Shown in pieces: positions 25,146 through 35,756 of a DNA stretch of 48,573 nucleotides. The position numbers and the translations under genes were made by a program. The notes under the pieces are model-generated. The model was not told where the DNA came from. It searched no databases and worked only from the letters and a program-made list of their open reading frames with translations. Position 1 is the stretch's first letter. The number at the start of each line of letters is the position of its first letter. This DNA is from Octopus bimaculoides (Eukaryota), in assembly GCF_001194135.2 (NCBI RefSeq), contig NC_068982.1:127821389-127869961 (forward strand), in the 5' to 3' direction.

Positions 25146-25749
25146 AAGTTGTGTAGTTACGCGCTGACGATTCATACCAAAGTGCTCCTTTTGTTCAGGG
25201 AGCCAAACGAAAACGGTAGGACCGAATTTGGCTTAGATCAGGTTAAACAAAAAATTTTTCGTTTGTTATCTGCCACGACCCAAGTTTGACTTGAAATAGT
25301 CACAGCTTAACAGCTTGACTCGCATAAATTTCTTGTGTTAATATCGAAGAAAGCTTTATACTGGGTTTCGAATCTTGGCTAAAAATCTAAGAAGCAATTC
25401 GGTACATCCCTCTTTCATTTAGTGAATTAGTCGAAAAATGAAAGAAAGAAAATAACAACAATAGGAAAAATGGCAAATATGTGCGTTATGCGACAATTAA
25501 ACAATATTCTGAATTGTGAATGTCAAGTATAGGGTTCAGATGGATGTGATACAAAGCCAGAAAGATCGCAGGTATCAGGAGAGAGAATGAGGCGATGTAT
25601 ACGGGACAGTAGGTACCTATTTCAGTGAGTTCCAATAGAGTACAATGCTGTTTGTGTCAGAACTTGCAATGTGGGCTTCGTGCAGTCTCGGTTTAGGGGC
25701 AATGTTGAATGAGCATGCGCGTGATTCAGTAACGGATTGCGTGGTATTG

Positions 25750-25995
25750 CGTGGCATCCTTTCGTTTTGAGCAGCAACTGGAATTAATCAGAATGGCACG
25801 TGGAAAACCAGTGAGACCGCAATCAACTGTTCCTGAAATTGAAATCCTCAACCATGAATCAATCTTGGAGGAATCTTGGAACATCACCCAATTAGCTGAA
25901 TCACGAGACAAGATTCTTCAGTGGTTGGCATGGCGTTATGAATCTATACACGTGCGAAAATTGTAATTCGCCATGTTACCTTATTACAGTATTTA
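25750..25995 (+). pseudogene. Possible Merlin/IS1595-like transposase N-terminal fragment
   Basis: QLAESRDKILQWLAWR then, after a frameshift, YTCENCNSPCYL. This resembles the WLxxxxL...CxxC zinc ribbon at the start of ISXO2/Merlin transposases. Confidence 0.4.
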
Positions 25996-26779
25996 AGTTG
26001 ACTTATGTCTTTTTTACTAGTTATCTCCCCCTTAATTTTTATTTACTTTTTTAATACCCCTAAACTGAACAATTTGGTGCGTTGAGACAGGTAAACTTTA
26101 TATATACCGTGATCAAACTGAGGTCGCATAGAGGTAAGTGTGAGTTGTCTGGAAGCGAGGGCGCAGAAAGTATGGTCTATGTTACGTAATTCAAAAAGAC
26201 ATCCGACGCGCGCTGAGTCGGGAAAAGAGAGCTAAGTAGACAGAGATATGGAAACAAATCAATGAAAGCATGAATATTAGGGTGCATGTGTATAGCTAGA
26301 TGTAGGCATGCGTGTATGTATGTATGAAGGTTTTTTTTTAAACTATAGAATAGCGCAGCAAAGATTAATTAACCAGCGAAAAATTGCAAATATTTACGTG
26401 AAAACATGTAACGAAAACCGTGCAAAAAGAACAGTGTGTGATACGTGTGCATGAAAGATATGCTATGCAAGCTGCCAGAGAGAATGAGACATTATAAAGA
26501 AATGTATGCACGTGAATTACTCGTTTTCGCAGAATGAATGCCGCTTTAAAATTGAACATAATTGTGTTGTTGGGTAACGAACGTGCTATCATGTAAACAA
26601 ATAAAAGTTTGTGTGACAGAAATTATAATTAACAGAACGAAATGAAAAGTAAACAAAAGAAGGAAATAAGGAACGACAAACTTGAATAGATGAAGTGTTC
26701 AATGCTTGTAATGTGAAACAAAAATTAAGCATATGTCAAGATAGAGATTTTTGAGAGTCTATAAAATTCTATTCGCAGA

Positions 26780-27060
26780 AGAGTCCGTGCAGAATTGTGG
26801 GAAAATGAAGGATCTGAACTTCGGGACTCGGCTGTCAAAAATGTCGCTTGCAGGTCTGCATAGTCTCTGCGATGTAATTCTGCACAAGACAGGTATTTGT
26901 TGGTGCAGATTCTAAGCGTGGGTTCCGGGGAGATGTAGGCTTGCAAAAATGCAGTCTGGTCGTTCTGCGAGGTACATCGCTATCGGCCGCATTTTTCAAT
27001 TTTTTTCCCCGTAAGTAGAACATGTGTTGTCGCCAGCTGAAAGTTGAACTGCGGAATTTC
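26780..27060 (-). pseudogene. Possible mariner transposase N-terminal (HTH) relic
   Basis: ORF 26835..27200 contains RQHMFYLRGKKLKNAA..RRTTRLHFCK..NPRLESAP..NYIAETMQTCKRHF, resembling mariner RHxxxYxF.KG..A..A...RT.R.WF.KF..G...LED.P and LA..L.....I..HL. Confidence 0.35.
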
Positions 27061-27178
27061 GATGAGTAACTACCTTTTTTTTTTTTTTGTTTCCTTAATG
27101 ATTCACGGATTGTAGCCTTGTAAAGACTGTTACAGCAAGTAGAAGGATGCATATAAATTTCTTCATGGCAGGATTTAA

Positions 27179-27310
27179 GGCGAAGGTAAAGAATACGCAC
27201 ACCGGTGTTTAGGGTTAGGGTTAGGGTTAGGTTCAGGGTTAGGGTTAGGATTAGGATAAGGGTTAGAGTTACGCCGAAAACGAGTGGTGTGCGTATTCTT
27301 CACCTCCACC
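27179..27310. mobile_element. 132-bp MITE with 25-bp TIRs, a (TTAGGG)n core and a 9-bp TSD (Mutator-like signature)
   Basis: TIRs 27179-27203 and 27286-27310 match at 22/25 positions. TSD is aggatttaa (27170-27178) and aggatttag (27311-27319). About 10 imperfect TTAGGG units lie at 27208-27271. Confidence 0.85.
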
Positions 27311-27930
27311 AGGATTTAGCAGGTTAAAGACTACGGAGTCACCGGAAATGTAATAAAGATATTTTGCCGAAAAATGCAGTTCATATGTCGGGTCCAGTAG
27401 TTCAATTCCCGTCTCCAATCGTTGGAAGTTGCAGTGATCACTCATGAATGCAACATTTGGTAGAGAAGGCTGCCGTTCTTGAGTCGGAAAATCACCAAGT
27501 ATGTAACAATGATATACAGCGAATAAATGAGATGAATAAAAATAATAGTAGTTGCTATGGCTTTCATTTTATCATTACAATGTTATGTAGCGAGACCAAT
27601 TTCTATTATGGCATATTGGAGTCGACTAACCTTTTATAAGCTCACGGTGTTGATCTGTAATGATTGGCCGTCTTGCCTATCATGTGAGTTTGGAACATTA
27701 GTTGAGCCCTGTGCTTTGATTAGTCGAAAATCCAATCATGTTGTGCGTACTACATTCTCAAACAACTAATCTGAATCTGCGCTGGAGCCTACCTCTGTCT
27801 ATAACAAAACATCTATGACGAGGGGTTAGCGATTTTCATGAAGGCGAGTCATGTTATTTACCTACCGTTATAACGAAGCACGTGCGACCAACGACAGCCT
27901 GAACTGAATTATCCAAACGATGGATGAACT

Positions 27931-29238
27931 TGTAGCAATCATGTTCGCTCTTTACCTTTAAGTATCCCAATTTGCCTCTTGACTTTTAGGTACCCATTTT
28001 AGCTTATCACGTGATGGTCGAGTCCATTTAGCTTTATGCAGGATGCCCACCCATTAACGTGATAGACTAACCAAGCGCGCCAACATCAACTATTTAGGGG
28101 AAGCTTTTCCCGCTAATTTCTCGGTGTGGTGGTTCGTCAGAAGGGGCACGTGAAAAAGAAGTGCCCCTAGAGCACAATTGAATCAAGAATGGAGGAAGAG
28201 ATCTCGTCGGAACACGAGGGTGCAGCAGAGACAGAAGAGAAAAGTGGAGTAGAACCAACAGAGACCGAGAGAGAGTTCACCCAAGTTACCAGAAAAAGAG
28301 GTAAGGGCTACTCGTCCCCGAAAGCTTCCAAAAGGAGGAAGAAAAATACCCCTAAATAGCAGAGATAGAAAGCGAGGCAACACAGCAAAGCAACAAAGAG
28401 ACTCCCAGCGTGCAGAAAAAGGAAGAAGAGCAGACCACGGAATGGAAAGAAGAACATATATTGTATGAATCAAATGAAGCAATTAAGAGAACCATAGAAA
28501 GATTTAAAGTCGTAATTAGAGTAAAGTTACCTGGATCCAAAGATAAATGCATCTTGGGTGACAGAAAGAGGTTTGATTTTTTTTGAAAAAAAATATCCTG
28601 AAGAAATCTTACATTTTACACCAGAGAGGGTGAAGTATAAATATTTGCCCCCACTGGTAAAATATGAGGATATAGACTTGGCTATGATAACATGGATTTC
28701 ATACAGAAATCATTAATTGAATTGTAAAGAACAGTAAACGCGATTGCTTGAGGATGGGGCTCAAGCAAGGACGTCCATCCTCATTTTTGTACATTTCTCA
28801 TGTTTTTCATTCATTGTTGTATGTTTTATGTCCCCACTTGTACTGTCTTGTCTGTCCTTGTATCGTCGTTCTCTGCGTTTTGGGGCCTCGTATCTAATAA
28901 AGAATCGATGTCGTAGGTCGTCACGAACGAATTCGGATCGTTGGCATGTGAGCAGTTTTATTCCGCTTTGCAGCTTCAGTGAGGAGAGCATTGTCAGATT
29001 TTCTTGTCGTCATGCTTTGTGTTATTCCCGCGCACATTAACATGAACCTATGTATTTTAATTAGCAAAAGTATCCATGTATACCAGTTGCTGTATTTTCT
29101 TTTAGCGGCGAAATAAATGTGGCCGTCAAATTTAACTTGTCTTCGTATTTCTTGATGTTCTTTATACTGACTCTTATTAAATTCGAAGATATAATATTAC
29201 CAGGCCTTTAGCCATACACTCTTTTTCACAACGCTAAA
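27931..29238 (+). mobile_element. Solo LTR of a second family (LTR-B1), inserted in the Gypsy 5' LTR
   Basis: Starts tgtagcaatcatgttc, ends caacgctaaa, with a 4-bp TSD aact/aact. Both ends align with 32876-33387. Confidence 0.7.
28123..28906 (+). mobile_element. LINE-derived fragment (CCHC ORF1-like piece joined to a 3' UTR with AATAAA) inside LTR-B1
   Basis: C-G-G-(frameshift)-RQKGHVKKKCP is a broken CX2CX4HX4C knuckle. It is followed by acidic/basic low-complexity coding (MEEEISSEHEG...TQVTRKRGKGYSSPKASKRRKK) and aataaa at 28896-28901. The segment is absent from LTR-B2. Confidence 0.5.
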
Positions 29239-29366
29239 AACTATGCAATCACCAGAATCCATGATGTGTTTATTTTGTCCACTGGATTATTTAACGAAAG
29301 AATAAGGTCTCGCTGTTATTTTTTAAAGTTTGTTTCTTGTATTATTTCTTCGAGTAAACACGCAAC

Positions 29367-30032
29367 AAGTGATGGCTCGTAGGTAAAATTAGTGGAGGTG
29401 CTGCTTCAGAAAATGTTTAACCGTTTTAATATTGCGTAAAAGGAAACGAACATATAAAAAGAATATTTATACATGAACTTGATCGGTTCGCGTTTTAGCC
29501 ACTGCTGAGTAGTGTGTATAATTTGTTCACTTAACATCGCCGCGAATTCCCCCTTGTTTTTCAAAAATCTCATCTAAATCACAAAATAACGTGGGGAAAT
29601 GTGCCCTATTTTTCAAATCCTGGCAGCAACACCGAAGCTGGAAGCAGGATAATAATCTAATTCTACACTTTATCACATTCAAGAATATAAACACATTTTT
29701 AAGCACAACATACGCGAAGTAAAACAAACAACAAAAAAACACAACACGGTGCTCTCTCTCCCTTGTGTGAAGATTCCTATCTCGGACATGTGAGCATGCG
29801 CACAACAGCCAAACACCGCATCGCTGGAACTGAGAAGCGTACAGTTCTATACAAGGATTTTTGTATTTTTTTCGTAAACTAGGGGATGGCTACTGACATT
29901 AAACTTAAGGATTATATAATGTACAAGTATAAAGAAAGAATTAAAGAAAAAAGGACTCATTATATTGAATGTTATCAATAATACCGAGTGGAAATAGGGG
30001 GTACTGCAGTTCCTATACACGAGCTGCCACTG
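29367..30032 (+). mobile_element. Non-autonomous hAT element (666 bp) with an 8-bp TSD
   Basis: TSD cacgcaac at 29359-29366 and 30033-30040. Degenerate TIRs aagtgatggctc / gagctgccactg. The uninterrupted 3' LTR has a single cacgcaac. A second, 5'-truncated copy lies at 36978-37625. Confidence 0.88.
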
Positions 30033-30111
30033 CACGCAACAGTTGTTATATAATGGTGTGCAAGATTCCGTAGTAAAACCAAGGGTGACGTTATACCAAC
30101 ACTGCTAAAAC

Positions 30112-30124
30112 TGGTGACTCCGAG
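30112..30124 (+). other. Primer-binding site (tRNA-Trp-like)
   Basis: TGGTGACTCCGAG lies 2 nt after the LTR end and is close to the TGGTGACCCCGAC PBS complementary to the tRNA-Trp 3' end, as known for the CsRN1 lineage. Confidence 0.7.
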
Positions 30125-30469
30125 CAAATGAGCATTGAACGAGCATATAAACCGTTTTTCCAGCAGCGGACTTTCTCGAAATCCTGAATGACTATCGACG
30201 CTTAGTCGCTCAGTTATGGTTACACGTCACGCATAAAAAATTTTTCCATGGAGGAATTTAAATACAGAACTTTTATAGCAGATTTTATACTTTCAATTAT
30301 TTTTAGTGTGCGAGTCTCCAACGTTCAGGAATTGCCTCTTCCTGCTACTATTGTGGACTTCAAAGCGTCACTTCACTTGGCTTGAAATAGCAGTTAAATC
30401 TGCCAGCAGGACATTTCGAGTTGACTATTTGCCAGTTCTTCGGTTCCTTCCGTTTCTTCTGACATGTCT

Positions 30470-30990
30470 GCTACCATCCCAATGCAGGCAGCTGTATCCT
30501 TTGTTTTCCTACTATTCACAGGAGACCCGGCTATTTGATTTTCTCAGCTTGAAGCTAATTTTGCGGCTAACAGCATTACTTCCGACACTAGACAATTTCA
30601 CTTGTTAGTTAACGTATTACCACCTGCCTTAAGTGGTGAGGATAAAGACTACACCACAGTTCATGCGCACCAACCATCATATCTGCGCCTCAGAATTTCT
30701 ATCTATATATGAAAACAAAAAAAAAATCTGAGGCGCACCCCCACATCGAAGCAAAAACGATTTCATGAGTTCCTTCATAAAGAAATTTTAAGAGATAAAC
30801 ACCCGTCACAATTACTTCGACGTATGCGTGATTTAGCAAGGAGTGATCCTCTGGACGAAGACATGTTACAGCAACTTTTCTTTTCCTGCCTTCCCACTAA
30901 TGTGCAACCAATTTTCACTACTATAAGGGAACATAGTTCCATTCAATATCTTACAGACTTGGCTGACGATATTATTGACATATCTGCTTC
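30470..30990 (+). pseudogene. Gypsy gag remnant
   Basis: FTGDPAI*FSQLEANFAANSIT..LVNVLPP and ILRDKHPSQLLRRMRDLA..MLQQLFFSCLPTNVQPI..LTDLADDI match the CsRN1-type gag (F..dP..WF.Q.Ea.F; LGDrkPSqLLRrM; LP..vq.iL; lA.lAD.I). Confidence 0.85.
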
Positions 30991-31049
30991 GACTTCAAGT
31001 GGTACAGAAAATTTGCTCTGCAGTCGAAAGCAGAAAAATATTCTCCCAA

Positions 31050-31505
31050 AGACTTGCGACATTTGGATTTCATTTCACAATCACTGTTGATATTCAGTAT
31101 ATCAATGACACAGATAATTCTGCAGCTGATACCTTATCTTGCGTACATATTAATGCTTTACATACTCCAAATTCCATTGATTTACAGCAAATTGCTTTGG
31201 ATAAAGAACAAAATGAATTTTTGGCATCTTCAATCGTTGGATTCACCTTCTTTAGACCTCCGTCTACTATCACTACATTCTAAAGATCCTTTTATTTCGT
31301 GTAATGTTTCTACCGGTTTTTCCAGACCTTACGTTCCTAAGTTTCATAAACGAACAGTTTTTGCGGGTCTTCATAATCTTTCTCATCCCGCTTTTTCGGC
31401 AACAGCAAAATTAATTTCAAGCCGTTTCGTGTGGCCCTGTATGCAAAATGACATTCGTAATTGAGCACGCACTTGTATATCGAGCCAGAAAGTTCAACGC
31501 CATGG
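31050..31505 (+). pseudogene. Gypsy pol remnant (end of RNase H and integrase zinc-binding region)
   Basis: RHLDFISQ/TVDIQYINDTDNSAADTLS and SCNVSTGFSRPYVP..VFAGLHNLSHPAFSATAKLISSRFVWPCMQNDIRN*ARTCISSQKVQRH. Confidence 0.88.
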
Positions 31506-32649
31506 TTCCAGAGTAAAATAGCGAGACCTATTTCTATTATGGCATACAGGAGTTGACTAGCCTTTTATAAGCTCACCATGTTAATCTGTAATGATTGGTC
31601 GTCTTACCTATCATGTGAGTTTGGAACATTGGTTGAATCCTGTGCTTTGAATGGTCGAGTATTGCGCAGGATATGGATCGAAAATCCAATCACGTTATGC
31701 GTACTACATTCTCAAACAACTAATCTGAATCTGCACTGGAATCTACCTCTGTCTATATATAGGTTTAACAAAACATTTATGACAGAGGGGTGAGCGATTT
31801 TCATGGAGGCGAGTCATGTTATTTTCTTGCCGTTATAATGAAGCATATGTAACGAACGACGACCAGAGCTGAATTATCCAAATGATAGATGAACTATACA
31901 ACCACCAGAATCCATGATGTGTTTGTTTTGTCCACTGTATTATTTAAGGTAGGAATAAAGACTGTTATTTTTAAAAAGTTTGTCTCTTGTATTATTTCAC
32001 GAGTAAACACGCAACAGATGTTATAGAATGATATGCAAAATTCCGTAATAAAACTAAAGGAGACTTTGTACGAACACCTAAAGTACGATACAACTTTTTC
32101 AAGTTGTTGTACAAAGATTAGTTTTAGTTCAGTACTCCATTTTGTAGGTAGGTAAGTTCATCTATGATTGACTGCAAGAAGACAGATAGAAAAAGGAGAG
32201 AGAAAAAGTAAAAGAATTTACCTCTCTGGATTGACAAGTACAGATCTTGAGTGCAACACCCTAATCACTAAGCATATGTGTGTGTGTGTGTAATGTGATG
32301 GCGCATAGTAGTTGAAATGATAAGTGATGTCATCATAAAGAAACATCTGTGGATTATAGTAATAAACGTTTGTACAACAGGAATACCACTCTCTCAGTGT
32401 CCGTGATTAGTACTTTGTGCCAGGTCAAAGCAAGATGACTAGTAATCACGTGAAATTGTAGGTTTTACATCCGTGTCCTTCTAGAAGGATGCTGTGATAA
32501 CAGCTGCGGGGTGTCTCTCACTTACTGCGCACCCTGGCACCAACCAAGGGTATTTCTTCGCCCGCGCGCAGATGGAATGTCATTACATATGGTAGCTAAC
32601 CCACAGCTGGGACACCTGGAAACAATAGTGGCTAAGAGGTGGTATCGCA

Positions 32650-33860
32650 CTCCTCAAAACCCTAGAACGCCTGAATCAGAGATCCTTCGCTATCCAAGAA
32701 CAAGAGGTGGCTACTAAATACCTGGTAAACAAGAGGGGCAAAGATACCACCAAACCTCCATGTTGTGATTTTAAAAAATGTCGACTCTGCTATGCCAGTG
32801 CGGAAGATATCATCTACATCATTAGCAGTTGTCCCCAAATGTCTACGAGATATTACCTGTCCTGAGACATGATATTGTAACAAGCATGTTCACAGTTTGG
32901 CTCTTTACCTTTGAGCGCCTACATTTTGGCTCATCACCATTGTTTTCTGCAAGCGGTCACATGACCATACCTATTCGTGCTGATTGGATGTTTTAAGTCA
33001 TCCAATCAGACCTCTTGCCCAACCAGGAAAGTGTGGTCCTTTTTGAGCCTATACTTAGCTATTTAAGGATGCTTGTTCCCGCTATTTTCTTCAGTGAGGC
33101 GGGTTGAATGATGGAGTTTAGATTTTCGGCAGAGAGTAAGTTTTATTCCGCTATGCATTACCAGAGAGAAGAGAACTGTCAGCAGAGATTTTTGTTGCCA
33201 TGCTTTTGTGTTTTTCCCGCGCACATGTTCAAGCTGCACGAGGAACCAATGTATTTTTTAGCAACAAAATTGTTCATATTGTACCTGTTTGCTGTATCTT
33301 CTAGAAACTGTCTTCGCATTTCTTTATGCTCTTTATTACGACTCGTTTGAAACCAGAAGGTTATAATATTATCAGGGCCTTACTAAAATATGATTGCTAA
33401 AACTATTTACAATGCCATCGGCTAGAAGAACTGCCTTGACGTGTACATTAAATATATTTCAGAACCAGCAGGTATTCACACCTTTGAAAACAATAAATAC
33501 TGGTGGAACACTCCAATAAAAACATCAATTTGGTGCAAGCAAAACAGACCTGATATTGTTCTGTGGGACAGGAAACAAAAGTTATACCCTGATGTACAGG
33601 CCAGCTTCCAGCGGGTGTGAGCGTGCAATCAAAAGTCCAGGAAAAAAAGAACATTTAAGGTGAATTAATGTGGAACTTACAGCTCTTGTACCCTGACTAT
33701 GAATTCTCATTTGTACCTATCGTTATAGGTGCATTACCTTATGTACCAACGAATTTGCACAAAAACCTAGAAATACTGGGTTTCACAGAGAAAGGGCAAA
33801 AGAACCTGGAGCGGATTCTCCAAATCTAATCTATTAGTGGCACAGTAAGACACTCCAAAA
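32650..33860 (+). pseudogene. C-terminus of an RLE-type non-LTR retrotransposon (R4/Dong-like): CCHC finger and restriction-like endonuclease, split by a solo LTR
   Basis: FAIQEQEVATKYL..KCRLCYASAEDIIYIISSCPQMSTRYYL/RHD before the insertion. After it: MIAKTIYNAI..YWWNTPIKT..QNRPDIVLWDRKQK..VPIVIGAL. NRPD(I/L)V and CRLC..E...H/Y..C..RHD are RLE-clade hallmarks. Confidence 0.85.
32876..33387 (+). mobile_element. Solo LTR (LTR-B2, 512 bp) with a 4-bp TSD
   Basis: TSD atat at 32872-32875 and 33388-33391. Removing the insert restores cat gat atg att gct aaa act (HDMIAKT). Internal 11-bp inverted repeat ctgattggatg/catccaatcag at 32980-33009. Confidence 0.8.
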
Positions 33861-33912
33861 ATTCTCCATCTGAGATTCTCATGTGAATTGATGCACACGC
33901 TAAGGTGGTATG

Positions 33913-34340
33913 CAGCGCTGGATTAATCATTAAGCAAAATAAGCACGTGTTTAGGGCATCAAAGGAAGGAAGGGGGCACCACAGAAATGGTAAATGGTTT
34001 ACGGCACAAAAGAAATCACTTTAAACTTGCTGAAATAATATTCGGGATGCTTTTATCTCTGCTAAGTATAGATGCAGATGTGTTACCTAAGATTAATTTT
34101 GAGGATCTGATCAAAGGCTTTGCAATTCTAAAAAGTAGGAAGAAACTTTTCAAATATAAATAAAATGGAAATATACAAAAATAAGCATTATTTTCCCTCT
34201 TACTGTTTTGTTTCGTTTTGAAAAATAAAAAATTATTTTATGGTTTGTTATTGTTTATATTTTGAATTAGTTAATCTTTTATGGGGGGCACCAAAATCTT
34301 TTAAGTGCTTAGGGCCTCGATGGGTCTTAATCCGGCCCTG
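33913..34340 (+). mobile_element. hAT deletion derivative (428 bp) with TIRs and a remnant of the dimerisation domain
   Basis: TIRs cagcgctggattaa / ttaatccggccctg match at 12/14. TSD-like gtggtatg / ggtgtatg match at 6/8. Internal LSLLSIDADVLPKINFEDLIKGFAILKSRKKLF. Confidence 0.8.
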
Positions 34341-34557
34341 GGTGTATGCATCGACAATTCAGCCAACACACCAACTCAACCGCATATTTACAAACAGCGG
34401 AACTCTCTCAACTCAAAAAGTCTTGTCGCTTTGTGAGTGACCCGTTTGAACTCTACACACACGCACACTCAACATACATACATACATACATACATACATA
34501 AAGCTAGCTAGCTAGCTAGCTAGATAGATAGACACAAATATTCACAGTGAAAAATTC

Positions 34558-35263
34558 GGATCTTTATGGTTTGACGGTCAACACTTGTTTTCTTAACGAA
34601 ACACTTTCAAACTTGGGATACTGGTAGAATGTGTCATATAAAACATCTTTTTCTCTTAGCCTTCTTAACAAAAATTACTTCTTAATAAGTTATTTCATGT
34701 TAAAGTTGTCGTATTTCTGTAATTTCAACCAATCACTGACGTCTATTCAGCTGAATACAGTTAGTGCTGTTCGGTGTCAAGTGTGTTATTCCCTGTTTAA
34801 TTATATCATTATTCCCCAGTAAGGGTTTAGGGTTAGGGTTTTAGGGTTAGNNNNNNNNNNNNNNNNNNNNNNNNNNNNNNNNNNNNNNNNNNNNNNNNNN
34901 NNNNNNNNNNNNNNNNNNNNNNNNNNNNNNNNNNNNNNNNNNNNNNNNNNNNNNNNNNNNNNNNNNNNNNNNNNNNNNNNNNNNNNNNNNNNNNNNNNNN
35001 NNNNNNNNNNNNNNNNNNNNNNNNNNNNNNNNNNNNNNNNNNNNNNNNNNNNNNNNNNNNNNNNNNNNNNNNNNNNNNNNNNNNNNNNNNNNNNNNNNNN
35101 NNNNNNNNNNNNNNNNNNNNNNNNNNNNNNNNNNNNNNNNNNNNNNNNNNNNNNNNNNNNNNNNNNNNNNNNNNNNNNNNNNNNNNNNNNNNNNNNNNNN
35201 NNGAAAGTGTTTCGGTACCAAAAACACTACATAAAAATGTTGCCCGTCAAACCATAAAGATCC
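34558..35263. mobile_element. Inverted-repeat-bounded element with internal (TTAGGG)n running into a gap
   Basis: ggatctttatggtttgacggtcaaca...cgaaacactttc (34558-34608) is mirrored by gaaagtgtttcg...tgttgcccgtcaaaccataaagatcc (35203-35263). agggtttagggttagggttttagggttag lies at 34822-34850. Confidence 0.7.
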
Positions 35264-35294
35264 AAAAATTCCATTTCATATGCCGGAAGTATTT

Positions 35295-35365
35295 ATCACA
35301 CACACGCATACACGTGCGCGAAACGCACACACGCTCACTCGCAACACACACTCACACACACACAG

Positions 35366-35404
<39 letters not shown>

Positions 35405-35440
35405 TACACGCACACACACACACACACACACACACGTACG
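35295..35440. repeat. (CA)n microsatellite
   Basis: Direct reading. Confidence 0.95.
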
Positions 35441-35703
35441 TAGGTACGTATTTATGTATGAATGTGTGTGTCGAGATTATGGTTTTTCAACTTGTTAAAT
35501 ACTTTGATCTTTGCTAAAATGCCGAGAAGCAGCCTTTTGGATAAGAAGAAAGTGTAGCTTTTGAAATTTATCCGAGTTTTCCGTAAAAGCGAAATTACAG
35601 ACCATATCTCAAAATTAGTGGTTATACTTTACAATTCTCATAAACGCAAAATCCTGTAATCTGAGAAAGCCGTAACGCGAGGAAGCATGCATGCATGTAT
35701 GTA

Positions 35704-35738
<35 letters not shown>

Positions 35739-35756
35739 ACACACACGCATATATAT

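Larger units (their letters stand above)
27586..32092 (+). mobile_element. Internally deleted Ty3/Gypsy LTR retrotransposon, CsRN1-like, with nested insertions in its 5' LTR
   Basis: 5' LTR runs tgtagcg (27586) to tgctaaa (30109); 3' LTR ~31517-32082/32092 aligns with it once the insertions are removed. PBS TGGTGACTCCGAG is at 30112-30124; gag and RNaseH/integrase remnants lie between the LTRs. The outer TSD is not resolved. Confidence 0.8.

Noticed and set aside
34500-34530. (AGCT)n self-complementary tract
   Set aside because: An ordinary short microsatellite continuous with (TAGA)n.
27208-34850. True chromosome end at the TTAGGG tracts
   Set aside because: The tracts are short, degenerate, internal and enclosed by inverted repeats.
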